Of a stretch of 64,000 bases of DNA, positions 1 to 9,009 are shown piece by piece. The position numbers and the translations under genes are program-made. Every line of letters starts with the position of its first letter. The stretch's first letter is position 1. The notes under the pieces are model-generated. The model did not search any database. It was not told the origin of the DNA and was given only the letters and a program-made list of their open reading frames with translations. The DNA comes from an uncultured Bdellovibrionales bacterium (GTDB lineage Bacteria; Patescibacteriota; Minisyncoccia; Moranbacterales; UBA1568): NCBI GenBank assembly GCA_964530135.1, contig CAZGXN010000001.1:68110-132109 (forward strand). Reading direction: 5' to 3'.

Positions 1-984
1 AGTCGGGTACGCGACACGCATCCAGGGGTTCCCAACCGTCACCGGTAGGTTACAGCGTGTCTGATAGTAGGTCGTCAAACCAGTCAGTCCAGCGGTGCCA
101 CCTGAAAGTATTATACCACTGACTGGCCGATCTGGATGCTTGGACCGATGCATAGTGATGACTCGCTCGATTTCAGATCCAATTGTTTCGAGTGCTGGAA
201 AAATAAGTTGTGGTCCTCCGGATACATTGAGATAGTCCTTCGTGCTTTTTTTCAATGCTTCGGCCCGATCCTCGGCGATATTGAGCCCCTCGATGAGCGT
301 TCGCGTAACATCCCGACCACCCACATCGAGGTTGCGGCTCACTTTCACGAGTCCATTCTCAACAAGCACCAAATTCGTCGCACGGGATCCAATATCCACG
401 ACGAGGAAGACCCCGGGATCGCCATCCACCACGGAGCGCACGAGTGAAAATGTCTCAAGTTCGAGCAACTGCATATCAAACTCGACCGAACGCACGTAGC
501 TCTCATACCGTTCGACTTCCTTATTGAGAGCCGCCACCAGCAGCACTTCAATCCTCGATTTGGCGGGTGCCTCAGCATCAGACGGAGTAACGATCGTTTC
601 ACCGACAATTTCCCAAGAGAGCGCTACTTCTTCGAGGGGTGAAGGAATGTATTTATGTGCCTCAAACTGGATCGCTTCCTGGAGCTCCTTTTCACTCATC
701 TTGGGAAACTCAACAAGCGCCACAAGACCGATAAAGGCTGGCATCGCCACATACACTTCTTTTGTTTTCGGCTGCAATCGATCCAAGAGCGCCCGCAAAT
801 AGGCCGTCACTCGAGCGTCATAGTTTCCCTGTGTGTCATTTTCTCCGCGCTCAATCGTAGAGAGATTGATTTCTGCATAGTTCCGTAGCAGGATCTTTTC
901 ACCCTCAACCGAAAGCTCAACCGCTTTAATGGAGGATGTACCAAAATCGATACCGAGAAATGTGGGTTTGTTGAATCCGAACAT
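1..984 (-). CDS. pilM: Type IV pilus assembly protein PilM (actin-like ATPase fold), partial; C-terminus runs off the left edge of the window
   Basis: Reverse-strand translation from the ATG at 984 reads MFGFNKPTFLGIDFGTSSIKAVELS...DIGSRATNLVLVENG..., the typical PilM/FtsA-like N-terminus. There is no stop codon before position 1. This gene is absent from the ORF track because it is open-ended. Confidence 0.8.
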   Translation of the reverse strand, partial: MFGFNKPTFLGIDFGTSSIKAVELSVEGEKILLRNYAEINLSTIERGENDTQGNYDARVTAYLRALLDRLQPKTKEVYVAMPAFIGLVALVEFPKMSEKELQEAIQFEAHKYIPSPLEEVALSWEIVGETIVTPSDAEAPAKSRIEVLLVAALNKEVERYESYVRSVEFDMQLLELETFSLVRSVVDGDPGVFLVVDIGSRATNLVLVENGLVKVSRNLDVGGRDVTRTLIEGLNIAEDRAEALKKSTKDYLNVSGGPQLIFPALETIGSEIERVITMHRSKHPDRPVSGIILSGGTAGLTGLTTYYQTRCNLPVTVGNPWMRVAYPT

Positions 985-1136
985 GTATCTGTTTGTTTCA
1001 TTGCTACTATAGCACAGACGCACTTCATTTCGGAAGAAGATCAGACTCCCCCACACCGACCGGCCAATCAGAAAAAATAATTGTTCAGTCTATTCGGATT
1101 TTTGAATGGTGGTATACTGAAAAAAAGTAAAAATAT

Positions 1137-1595
1137 ATGCGCTCCACTCGCCTTTTTGTGTTTTTTTCAATTCTCATACTCCTCTCATCCGTATTTTTCA
1201 TACTGCCAGCCACGCCCGCCGAAGCCGGCATCATCCCCTGCGGACTGACAAATCCGGATCCCACCCAGGTCAACAATGGCCAAGACAAGTGCACCCTCTG
1301 TCACCTCGTCGTGGGGATTCAGAATATCATCGTGCTCCTCCGCAATATCATGACGGCGATAGCGATAGCTGTCATCGTCGCTATGGCTTTTGTTTATATC
1401 ACCTCAGCCGGTGATGAAGGCCGGATGCGTTTCGCCAAAGGCGGTATCGTCGCTGCGCTCATCGGGTTCGTGATTATTCTCTTGGCATGGCTGATTGTGA
1501 ACTTTATCCTCACCCTGCCAATTTTCTCAGGTAGCGGGTTGATCCGAACCGGTTGGAGCAGCTTCCAATGCAATACGGCCTCACTGGCTCGTTAG
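1137..1595 (+). CDS. Small secreted/membrane protein resembling the VirB2/TrbC-like T4SS pilin family common in CPR (signal peptide, Cys-containing segment, two TM helices)
   Basis: N-terminal signal peptide ending AEA. A CGLTNPDP...C.LC motif is followed by two long hydrophobic helices. Assignment is by memory of PF18895-like architecture, not by alignment. Confidence 0.45.
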   Translation: MRSTRLFVFFSILILLSSVFFILPATPAEAGIIPCGLTNPDPTQVNNGQDKCTLCHLVVGIQNIIVLLRNIMTAIAIAVIVAMAFVYITSAGDEGRMRFAKGGIVAALIGFVIILLAWLIVNFILTLPIFSGSGLIRTGWSSFQCNTASLAR

Positions 1596-1643
1596 CAAAA
1601 TCTCTGATGACGGCCTGTGAGTATGAAACGACAGGAAAACCGA

Positions 1644-1672
1644 TTGACAAACTACCGCAAACGCCGTACAAT
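1644..1672 (+). promoter_or_regulatory. Consensus sigma70 promoter: TTGACA, 17-bp spacer, TACAAT
   Basis: ttgaca at 1644-1649, spacer of exactly 17 nt, tacaat at 1667-1672. The predicted TSS is about 5-7 nt before the clpC ATG at 1685. Confidence 0.6.
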
Positions 1673-1684
1673 TTGGTCTACTCT

Positions 1685-4186
1685 ATGTCTATGCTCACTC
1701 CCGCCTTCAGTGAAAAGCTCTCGCTGCATGCTCGGCACGTTCTGAAAGAAGCGCGTGATATTGCTCGTTATACCCGCACCCAAAAAATCGAGGCTCATCA
1801 TCTCCTCCTCGCGCTCTCTCTCGAGTCGGGCAGTCTCGGGAGTATCCTCCTCGAAAACATCGGCCTCAAAAAGGAAGCGGTCGGAAAGCTCTGTCTCAAA
1901 AAAGTCTCGCCCGAAAAAAAACCCATCCGAGCTAACTCTTCACCCGTGCTCTCTCCGACCGTCCAGACGATATTGAAGCGCGCCTATGTCCTCGCCAAGG
2001 AACATCAGTATCCCTATGTCGGAACGGAACATCTCGTTGCAGCACTCCTCGAGTCCGATGACGCTACGCTCCTGACAATTATCAATACCCTCCAAATAAG
2101 TGAGGAGAAAACTCGGGCGGCCCTCGAGGCACATCTGCGATTCGAACATTTTCCCGAACTCGCAAAAATGTTTGATCTCACTGACTTTTCTCTCTCTCGA
2201 GGAGAACCTCGCGAACGCGAGACCGTACACAATACTTCTTTCCTCGAACAATACGCCGTCGATCTCGCTGAAACAGCTGGTTCAGGATTCCGTTTTGTCG
2301 GCCGTGGCCGCGAGCTCGATCGGCTCACGCACATCCTCGGACGGAAAGAGAAAAACAATGCCATCCTCGTGGGTGATCCGGGCGTCGGCAAGACGGCCCT
2401 CGTCACGGCGCTCGCCCTGCGCATGCACGACGGCCACGCCGGACCGATACTTTCCGGAAAGCACATCTACTCCCTCGATCTCGCGGCGCTCGTCGCTGGA
2501 ACGAGTTTCCGTGGTGAATTCGAAAACCGCATCAAGGAATTGATCCACGAGGTCCGGCACCGACCAGACGCAATTCTCTTTATCGATGAAATCCACACCC
2601 TCATCGGCACGGGCAATGCACAGGGTGGACTCGATGCCGCCAATATCCTGAAACCTGCCCTCGCGCGCGGCGAAATCCAGGTCATCGGTGCGACAACATT
2701 TTCTGAATATAAGCGACATTTTGAAAAAGATGCTGCTTTGGAGCGGCGTTTCCAACCTCTCCAATTAACCGAACCCACTGCCGAAGAAACGCTTCAAATC
2801 CTCGAACAGGCCCGTCCAGCCTATGAGGAGTTTCATGCACTCTCCATCGATCCGACCGCGCTCCACGCCGCTGTTGATCTCTCGGTGCGCTACATTCCTG
2901 ATCGTTTCCTCCCTGACAAGGCCCTCGACCTCCTCGATGAAGCTGCCTCCCTCGTCCGACATCGGAAAGCTGGTCATCGTAAGAGCAATTTCTCGACCCT
3001 CCTTTCACTGGAACGCGAGTTGAGCGAAGCCGAAGAGGCAAAAGAGAACTTCATCACCGAAGGTGCCTACGACGAGGCTGAAACAATGAAACAATCTATT
3101 CAGCTCATTGAAAAACGACTCCAAGAATTGACTGTCCAAGTTTCGGCTCCGCCAAAATCAAAAAAAATTATCGTCAAACCGGTGGATATCCTCGAAATCG
3201 TTTCTCGGACTACTGGTATCCCGTTCGCCCAACTCTCTACCGACACACCCGCACTCCGTCTCAAGCGCGTCCAAGATGCTCTCCGGAGTAAAGTCATCGG
3301 CCAAGACGAAGCCAAAGACAATATTCTCACGACACTCACGCGCTCCGTCTCGGGTGTCAATGATCCCCATCGCCCGCTTGGCTCTTTCCTCTTCCTCGGC
3401 CCAACCGGTGTCGGCAAAACACATCTCGCCAAAGTCCTTGCGGCCGAATTCTTTGGTGATGAAAAATCCCTTATCCGGCTCGATATGAGCGAGTTTATGG
3501 AGCGGCACTCCGTCGCCCAGATCATCGGCGCACCGGCAGGCTATGTCGGCTATGGTGATGGCGGTAAACTCACCGAAGCCGTTCGGCGACGGCCCTATGC
3601 AGTCGTGCTCTTTGATGAAATTGAGAAGGCTCACCCTGATGTCTTCAATATCCTCCTCCAGATTCTCGACGAGGGCACCCTCACGGATGCCGAGGGGCGG
3701 CGGGTGTCATTTAAAAACACGCTCATCATCCTGACCTCCAATATCGGCACGGCGAGCTTCACCCAATCTGCCAAAGTTGGTTTCGCTGAAGCCGTCCCTG
3801 GCCGCGTGCTGCGCGCTGAATTCGAAGCCATCAAACGCGAAGTCCTCGAAGAACTAAAAAAGGAGCTTCGGCCCGAACTACTCGGCCGACTCGACCAGGT
3901 CATCGTCTTCAATGCACTCGATAAAAAAATGATTCAATCCATCGCCACGCTCGAGCTCAATCGACTGAAAGCTCGCCTCGCGACGCAAGGCATCACACTC
4001 ACCGTGCCCGAAAACATTGTCCGATGGATCGCCGAAAAAAGCTTTGCTCCCGAACAAGGTGCTCGCCTCGTTCGCAAAAATGTTCAGGAATATGTCGAAT
4101 CTGTCCTCGCCGAAAAAATGCTTGGAAAGCGCCTCCCCAAACGGCTTGCGCTCTCGCTTCACCGTAACACGGTCCTCGCTCGCTAA
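1685..4186 (+). CDS. clpC: ATP-dependent Clp protease ATP-binding subunit ClpC/ClpB-like (two Clp_N repeats, two AAA+ modules)
   Basis: Walker A motifs GDPGVGKTALV and GPTGVGKTHLAK. Clp_N repeats are present at the N-terminus, with a short middle domain. The track ORF starts at 1553, but the conserved N-terminus begins at M 1685/1691, directly downstream of the promoter. Confidence 0.85.
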   Translation: MSMLTPAFSEKLSLHARHVLKEARDIARYTRTQKIEAHHLLLALSLESGSLGSILLENIGLKKEAVGKLCLKKVSPEKKPIRANSSPVLSPTVQTILKRAYVLAKEHQYPYVGTEHLVAALLESDDATLLTIINTLQISEEKTRAALEAHLRFEHFPELAKMFDLTDFSLSRGEPRERETVHNTSFLEQYAVDLAETAGSGFRFVGRGRELDRLTHILGRKEKNNAILVGDPGVGKTALVTALALRMHDGHAGPILSGKHIYSLDLAALVAGTSFRGEFENRIKELIHEVRHRPDAILFIDEIHTLIGTGNAQGGLDAANILKPALARGEIQVIGATTFSEYKRHFEKDAALERRFQPLQLTEPTAEETLQILEQARPAYEEFHALSIDPTALHAAVDLSVRYIPDRFLPDKALDLLDEAASLVRHRKAGHRKSNFSTLLSLERELSEAEEAKENFITEGAYDEAETMKQSIQLIEKRLQELTVQVSAPPKSKKIIVKPVDILEIVSRTTGIPFAQLSTDTPALRLKRVQDALRSKVIGQDEAKDNILTTLTRSVSGVNDPHRPLGSFLFLGPTGVGKTHLAKVLAAEFFGDEKSLIRLDMSEFMERHSVAQIIGAPAGYVGYGDGGKLTEAVRRRPYAVVLFDEIEKAHPDVFNILLQILDEGTLTDAEGRRVSFKNTLIILTSNIGTASFTQSAKVGFAEAVPGRVLRAEFEAIKREVLEELKKELRPELLGRLDQVIVFNALDKKMIQSIATLELNRLKARLATQGITLTVPENIVRWIAEKSFAPEQGARLVRKNVQEYVESVLAEKMLGKRLPKRLALSLHRNTVLAR

Positions 4187-4199
4187 TCTCAGTACTCGA

Positions 4200-4901
4200 C
4201 TGTGGAGTATAGTAAGGGATGGTCTCTTTCCACTGTACTGCTTCGGCTGTGAACGATCGGGCACCCTCGCCTGTGCCACTTGTCTCGCCACAGTTCCCGA
4301 ACGCGAGTACCAGGAATGTCCAGTATGCCGGAAAGCCTATCAAAAAAACGGGGCTGTCTGCCGCAGTTGCCAAAAAATGACAGCCTTGGACGGACTCTTC
4401 ATCGCTCGATCATACCATCATCGACTCCTGAAAAAACTTCTTTTTACCCTGAAATATCGCTTCATCGCCACCGCGGCCGATCCCCTTGCCACACTGCTCG
4501 CAGAGAGTATTACCCACCATCCATTGCCCCTCCCCACGCTCATCATACCCGTCCCACTTCATCCTCGTCGGCTGCGCTTTCGGGGTTTCAATCAAGCCGA
4601 AGTGCTCGCTCAAAAACTCATGGCTCAACTCCTCCCGGGCGCGCCCATCCGTATCCGGAACGATATCCTCCAGCGCATCCGTTTCACCAAACCGCAAATG
4701 AAGACTGATTCAAAATCCGAACGCCTCGCCAACCTCACGGCCGCATTCATGGTACCGCTCGAAACTGCTGGACCACTCGTCGGTCAATCCATCTGGCTTA
4801 TCGATGATGTGGCGACCACCGGTACCACTCTCGACGAATGTGCCCGCACACTGAAAACTGCTGGTGCCAAGACTGTCTGGGGCATCGTCATCGCTCGTTG
4901 A
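4200..4901 (+). CDS. comF: ComF family protein (competence protein ComFC-like phosphoribosyltransferase) with N-terminal zinc-finger Cys pairs; start codon uncertain
   Basis: CFGCERSG...CATC...CPVCRK...CRSC zinc-finger pairs, then a PRTase-like C-terminus (LIDDVATTGTTL). There is no in-frame ATG/GTG/TTG between the clpC stop (4186) and the first Cys motif. In-frame ATGs at 4080/4092 would overlap clpC. Confidence 0.7.
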   Translation: MWSIVRDGLFPLYCFGCERSGTLACATCLATVPEREYQECPVCRKAYQKNGAVCRSCQKMTALDGLFIARSYHHRLLKKLLFTLKYRFIATAADPLATLLAESITHHPLPLPTLIIPVPLHPRRLRFRGFNQAEVLAQKLMAQLLPGAPIRIRNDILQRIRFTKPQMKTDSKSERLANLTAAFMVPLETAGPLVGQSIWLIDDVATTGTTLDECARTLKTAGAKTVWGIVIAR

Positions 4902-4917
4902 CAGCCACCCGATTCGC

Positions 4918-6246
4918 TTACGGCGTGAGGCGTTTCACATCACGCGGATAGAGAATCGCTTCCTTGATTGAAGCCAATCCCAAGAGTTTTTGGACGATCC
5001 GTTCAGAGCCAAGTCCCCAGCCGCCATGTGGCGGAGCACCATATTTAAAGATATCCAAATAGTCCTTGAAGGTCGCTGGGTCGAGACCACGCTGTTTGAG
5101 ATTTTCAGAGAGCAGTGCGTAGTCATGGATACGCTGTCCACCGGACGCGATTTCGAGACCACGGAAGAGGAGATCAAATGTCTCTGTATATCCAGGCTTG
5201 TCCGGACTTGGCTGACTGTAAAACGGACGGATTGATGCTGGATAATGGGTCAAAAAAACCAATTCTGATCCATACTTCTTCACAACATACTCAGCAATAA
5301 GCCGCTCCCCTTCACTATCGATATCTTCATTTTCGGTTTTCTTTCCATATTCCTTTTCGAGAATCATAACGGCATCCGAGAGGCGAATCCGTGGGATAGC
5401 AGTAGCTTGAGGCACACTGGCACCATGGAGTGCGAGGGCCGCTGAGGCAGAGGCGTTGATATGTGCAAAGGCAGCGTGCATCGTCCGCTCGAGCAACCCC
5501 ATCACATCTTCCATACTGTCGATGAATCCCAGTTCGGCATCGAGACCGGTGTACTCATTTACATGGCGTGTCGTATAGTGTGGTTCCGCCCGAAAGACAC
5601 TCCCGATTTCGAAGACTCTCTCAAACGCGCTCATGCCAGCTTGCTTATAGAATTGCGGTGATTGAGCCAGATAGGCATCTCGGTCAAAATATTTTATTTT
5701 GAAAAAATTCGCCCCACCCTCAGTCGCCGAAGAGAGTATCTTTGGGGTCTTGATCTCCCGAAAACCTTCACTTCGCATAAAACGCTCATACGACTCAAGC
5801 AGCGCATCATACACCGCAAAAATCGCCTGAATTTTCGGATTTCGGAGAGCGACCGTCCGATGATTGAGCAGTGTCTCAAGCTGGAGATGCATCTCAGGTT
5901 GTGAGACATCAATCGGTAGCTCTTCGGTCGGTTTCCCGATCACCGAAAGTGCCATAACCTCAATCTCAACCCCTTCCATGATGTCCGCGACCACCGAACT
6001 CTCCGCCTTCTTCGGCCGAGCCTTCACAAGCCCCTCGACCGCAACAATGTATTCCGGCCGAACATCGCGTGCACTCTCGATCAATGCAGCCTTCTCTGGC
6101 GTTACGACCAACTGGACCCGACCGCTGCGATCACGGAGCTCAAAAAACACGAGTTTGCCATGGTCACGGCGAGCCGCGATCCAACCCGCGAGCCGGACAT
6201 GTGTGCCTATATTCTCTGCCGCCGCGCGTATCAATATCCGTTCCAA
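4918..6246 (-). CDS. aspS: Aspartate--tRNA ligase, archaeal/type-2 (possibly non-discriminating)
   Basis: Class II aaRS motifs QSPQFYKQ and FRAEPHYTTRHVNEYTGLDAE, with GLGSERIVQ at the C-terminus. The 442-aa length fits archaeal-type AspRS. Confidence 0.8.
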   Translation of the reverse strand: MERILIRAAAENIGTHVRLAGWIAARRDHGKLVFFELRDRSGRVQLVVTPEKAALIESARDVRPEYIVAVEGLVKARPKKAESSVVADIMEGVEIEVMALSVIGKPTEELPIDVSQPEMHLQLETLLNHRTVALRNPKIQAIFAVYDALLESYERFMRSEGFREIKTPKILSSATEGGANFFKIKYFDRDAYLAQSPQFYKQAGMSAFERVFEIGSVFRAEPHYTTRHVNEYTGLDAELGFIDSMEDVMGLLERTMHAAFAHINASASAALALHGASVPQATAIPRIRLSDAVMILEKEYGKKTENEDIDSEGERLIAEYVVKKYGSELVFLTHYPASIRPFYSQPSPDKPGYTETFDLLFRGLEIASGGQRIHDYALLSENLKQRGLDPATFKDYLDIFKYGAPPHGGWGLGSERIVQKLLGLASIKEAILYPRDVKRLTP

Positions 6247-6279
6247 TATAGGTATCGTTCTCAGGTGAGGAATGAAAAA

Positions 6280-7134
6280 TTACCGGTTCGAAAAAAACTC
6301 TTGGACGATATCTGCAAGCTCACTTGGGACCACGCGGATCTTCAAAAATGAGCGATTAACTGCGCCCGAAGTCTCCAAGGATTTGACTTCCTCCTCATCG
6401 AGCGAAGCGGTAAGGAGAAATATCGGCACCGACTTCATGCGTTCATCGGCACGCAGCGCCATGATGACTTCTTTGCCACTCATCGATGGGAGGAGATGGT
6501 CGGTGATAATGAGATCGAACTGCTCGGCCCGAGCCCGTTCCAACCCACTGCGACCATTGCGTTCAGTTACGACAGTATAGCCGAGATTCTGAAGTGCCTT
6601 GCTAAACATTTCGATGAATACCGGCTCGTCTTCGATAAAGAGAATGTGTGGAGCACCGGCTGTTTCTGATGCTGCAGGTGTTGCTGACAACCCGGGAGTG
6701 CTCGGTGTCTCGGTGCTAGTTGTCGCATCAGCCCGTCGCTCGGCATGCGCTCCCTGAGCGGAAAACTGGTTGAGGTATCGCTTGATCTCAGTAACGACTT
6801 CAGCGGGAGAAAAATCCGTTTTCAAGATAAATCCATTGGCGCCGATAGAGAGAGCTTCCTGACGCTCCTGTGGGCCAGAGAGATTACTGAAAATAACCAC
6901 CTTCAAATTCGGATCAAATTCTCGGCTGTTTCGGAACTCGCGCAAGACATCCATGCCAGAAACCTCGGGGATCACCAAATCGAGCAGTACGAGATCATAG
7001 ACTCCATCCCGCGCCTTTTTCAAACCTTCTCGGCCCGTCAAAGCCGGTACCACTTCGAAACCTGACGACTCTAATTTTTTGGTGTAGATTTCCGAAATGA
7101 ATGGATCATCTTCGACAAGGAGTATTCTAGGCAT
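6280..7134 (-). CDS. Response regulator with two tandem receiver (REC) domains joined by an S/T/P/A-rich linker; no output domain
   Basis: Two D-D-K receiver signatures (LLVEDDP...DLVLLDL... and LFIEDEP...DLIITDH...). Confidence 0.8.
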   Translation of the reverse strand: MPRILLVEDDPFISEIYTKKLESSGFEVVPALTGREGLKKARDGVYDLVLLDLVIPEVSGMDVLREFRNSREFDPNLKVVIFSNLSGPQERQEALSIGANGFILKTDFSPAEVVTEIKRYLNQFSAQGAHAERRADATTSTETPSTPGLSATPAASETAGAPHILFIEDEPVFIEMFSKALQNLGYTVVTERNGRSGLERARAEQFDLIITDHLLPSMSGKEVIMALRADERMKSVPIFLLTASLDEEEVKSLETSGAVNRSFLKIRVVPSELADIVQEFFSNR

Positions 7135-7159
7135 ACGACAGTGTTGTTACTGCAAATTA

Positions 7160-8902
7160 TCAATCTTTACGCTTCTTTTCAAGCGTCGCTGGCGCGGGTG
7201 TTTCAGGTGGTTCAGGTGGTCCAGCAAATGGCAGTTCCACGATAAATACCGTCCCGCGCGACTTGCCGGCAGACTCTACTCGGACACTGCCGCCATGTGC
7301 CTCAATGAAATTCTTGCAGACATACAGGCCGAGACCCGTACTCGAAACATTCACTCGAGCCGAATCCTTGCCACGCTCGAATTTCTTAAAGATATGCGGG
7401 AGATCTACCGGATCGATACCGATACCAGTATCCGCCACACTGATGACTGCCCGCTCTCCGCGCTGTTCGAGCGTAACAACCACCTCACCCTTTTCAGTGT
7501 ATTTGATGGAATTGTCGATGATATTGGAAAGCGCTTCACGGATCTTCGGCCCATCGATACGGATAGGCGGCAACGGAGTTTGAGGCAACAACACACGAAA
7601 TCCGAGTCCTTTTGAATGGGTTGCCAATATAAAATTGTCCTTGAGTTCCGCAAGAATGTCTTCAATTTTTGCCAGGCCAAACTGGTACTGGATCCGTCCG
7701 GCTTCAATTCGCGAGATATTCAGCAGGTTTTCCACGAGACCCATAAGCCGGGCATTGGCGAGATACACCTTGTTGAGGGTGTCCGCCACCGTCGGTTCGA
7801 GCGAACCATAGGCACCCTCGAGCAGCAGTGAGACGAAACCTCGAATCGCGGTGAGTGGTGTCCGCAATTGATGCGATGCAATCGAGATAAATTCACTCTT
7901 GGCCGTGTCGAGTCGATGCAGTTCCGCATTTGCCACCGCCAGGCTATCGCTGATTTTCTGGAGCTCTTCCTTCCGCTTGATCTCACCGTCCATCGTCCGC
8001 ACAAGCATCACAAACAAGAGAAAACATATAATAAATATTCCTATCCTCAATGTCAGTTGGTAGATATCATTTGCCAGAAAAATCTGGACAAACACAAACA
8101 ACAGAATGACAAACGACAAGATTTCTGTCGCAAAAATTTTTATGTTAAAAAGACGATGTTTTATAATTGCGTATCCCGGCAACAACACTATAAAAATAGA
8201 GCTATACATCCCAAGTCGTGCATAGAACGCATAGAGTGGATCGTATTCGATATAATTGGTAATGAAAACATTGGTAATAAGAGCGATACCGATCGACAAA
8301 ATCAATCCAATGATGAGATAGATATAACGTGTCTTTTCAAGCGGATCGACTTTCCGATAATTCCAGATAAGAACAGCTGCGCCAAGCAATGGTGCCAAAG
8401 AAATAAGGATATTATAGAATATCTCACCCGGACCAAATATCGGATTGATGACATCTGATTGAGTAATTTCATACCCTGAAATAATTACATTTGTCAGAAA
8501 AATAAATCCTGTGAGGATAGTCGGTATTAGAACAAGTGAGTACCTAAACCAACGGCTCTTCGAATGTCTAAAATGTATAACATCACTGCAAAACAGTAGA
8601 AATGCGTATGCATAAAAAGAACCAAAGGCAAAGTCAGCTCGAAGAAAATTGAATCTTAAAGTGGCACTTGTTGCTTCGTCCTCAAAAAAAGCGACGATAA
8701 TCCACAGTGCAATTGAAACGGTCAGATATAAGAAGCTTCGGCTGGCTTGACTCTTTTGGTCTTTGTGGAGCACAAGCAGCCCCATTATTAATAATAAAAA
8801 TACCACCATCCACAAAAACCCAATGTCAAGAAAAAAATACATATTAAAACGTTTGCATACAATACTACTAGTGTAGCTATTTCCTATTAAAATTTCAATC
8901 AA
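7160..8902 (-). CDS. Sensor histidine kinase with a multi-pass (7TM-like) membrane sensor region
   Basis: C-terminal HisKA H-box SHQLRTPLTAIRGF and HATPase_c (DTGIGI...GLGL). The N-terminal approx. 300 aa are about 8 hydrophobic helices. An alternative start is at 8841. Confidence 0.85.
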   Translation of the reverse strand: MIEILIGNSYTSSIVCKRFNMYFFLDIGFLWMVVFLLLIMGLLVLHKDQKSQASRSFLYLTVSIALWIIVAFFEDEATSATLRFNFLRADFAFGSFYAYAFLLFCSDVIHFRHSKSRWFRYSLVLIPTILTGFIFLTNVIISGYEITQSDVINPIFGPGEIFYNILISLAPLLGAAVLIWNYRKVDPLEKTRYIYLIIGLILSIGIALITNVFITNYIEYDPLYAFYARLGMYSSIFIVLLPGYAIIKHRLFNIKIFATEILSFVILLFVFVQIFLANDIYQLTLRIGIFIICFLLFVMLVRTMDGEIKRKEELQKISDSLAVANAELHRLDTAKSEFISIASHQLRTPLTAIRGFVSLLLEGAYGSLEPTVADTLNKVYLANARLMGLVENLLNISRIEAGRIQYQFGLAKIEDILAELKDNFILATHSKGLGFRVLLPQTPLPPIRIDGPKIREALSNIIDNSIKYTEKGEVVVTLEQRGERAVISVADTGIGIDPVDLPHIFKKFERGKDSARVNVSSTGLGLYVCKNFIEAHGGSVRVESAGKSRGTVFIVELPFAGPPEPPETPAPATLEKKRKD

Positions 8903-8928
8903 TGATATTCTTGCTCATCTCAAAACAT

Positions 8929-8957
8929 TGACATGTACCAGTTTTTATGCTAGACTG
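8929..8957 (+). promoter_or_regulatory. Putative sigma70 promoter (TTGACA-17-TAGACT) for the GNAT gene
   Basis: ttgaca at 8929-8934, 17-nt spacer, tagact. The downstream RBS AAGGAG at 8995-9000 precedes the ATG at 9010. Confidence 0.4.
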
Positions 8958-9009
8958 TTTTGTAAAGTTTTTTACCAATTTACTGTACACACTCAAGGAG
9001 AGAGACCTC

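Noticed and set aside
136-888. Plus-strand track ORFs 136-447, 242-499, 524-802 and 655-888
   Set aside because: They lie antisense to a clearly homologous PilM reading frame on the minus strand (1-984) and show no homology themselves. They are shadow ORFs.
7868-8458. 196-aa plus-strand track ORF
   Set aside because: It is antisense to the histidine-kinase membrane domain, which has the HisKA/HATPase motifs in frame, and it shows Cys/His-rich random composition.
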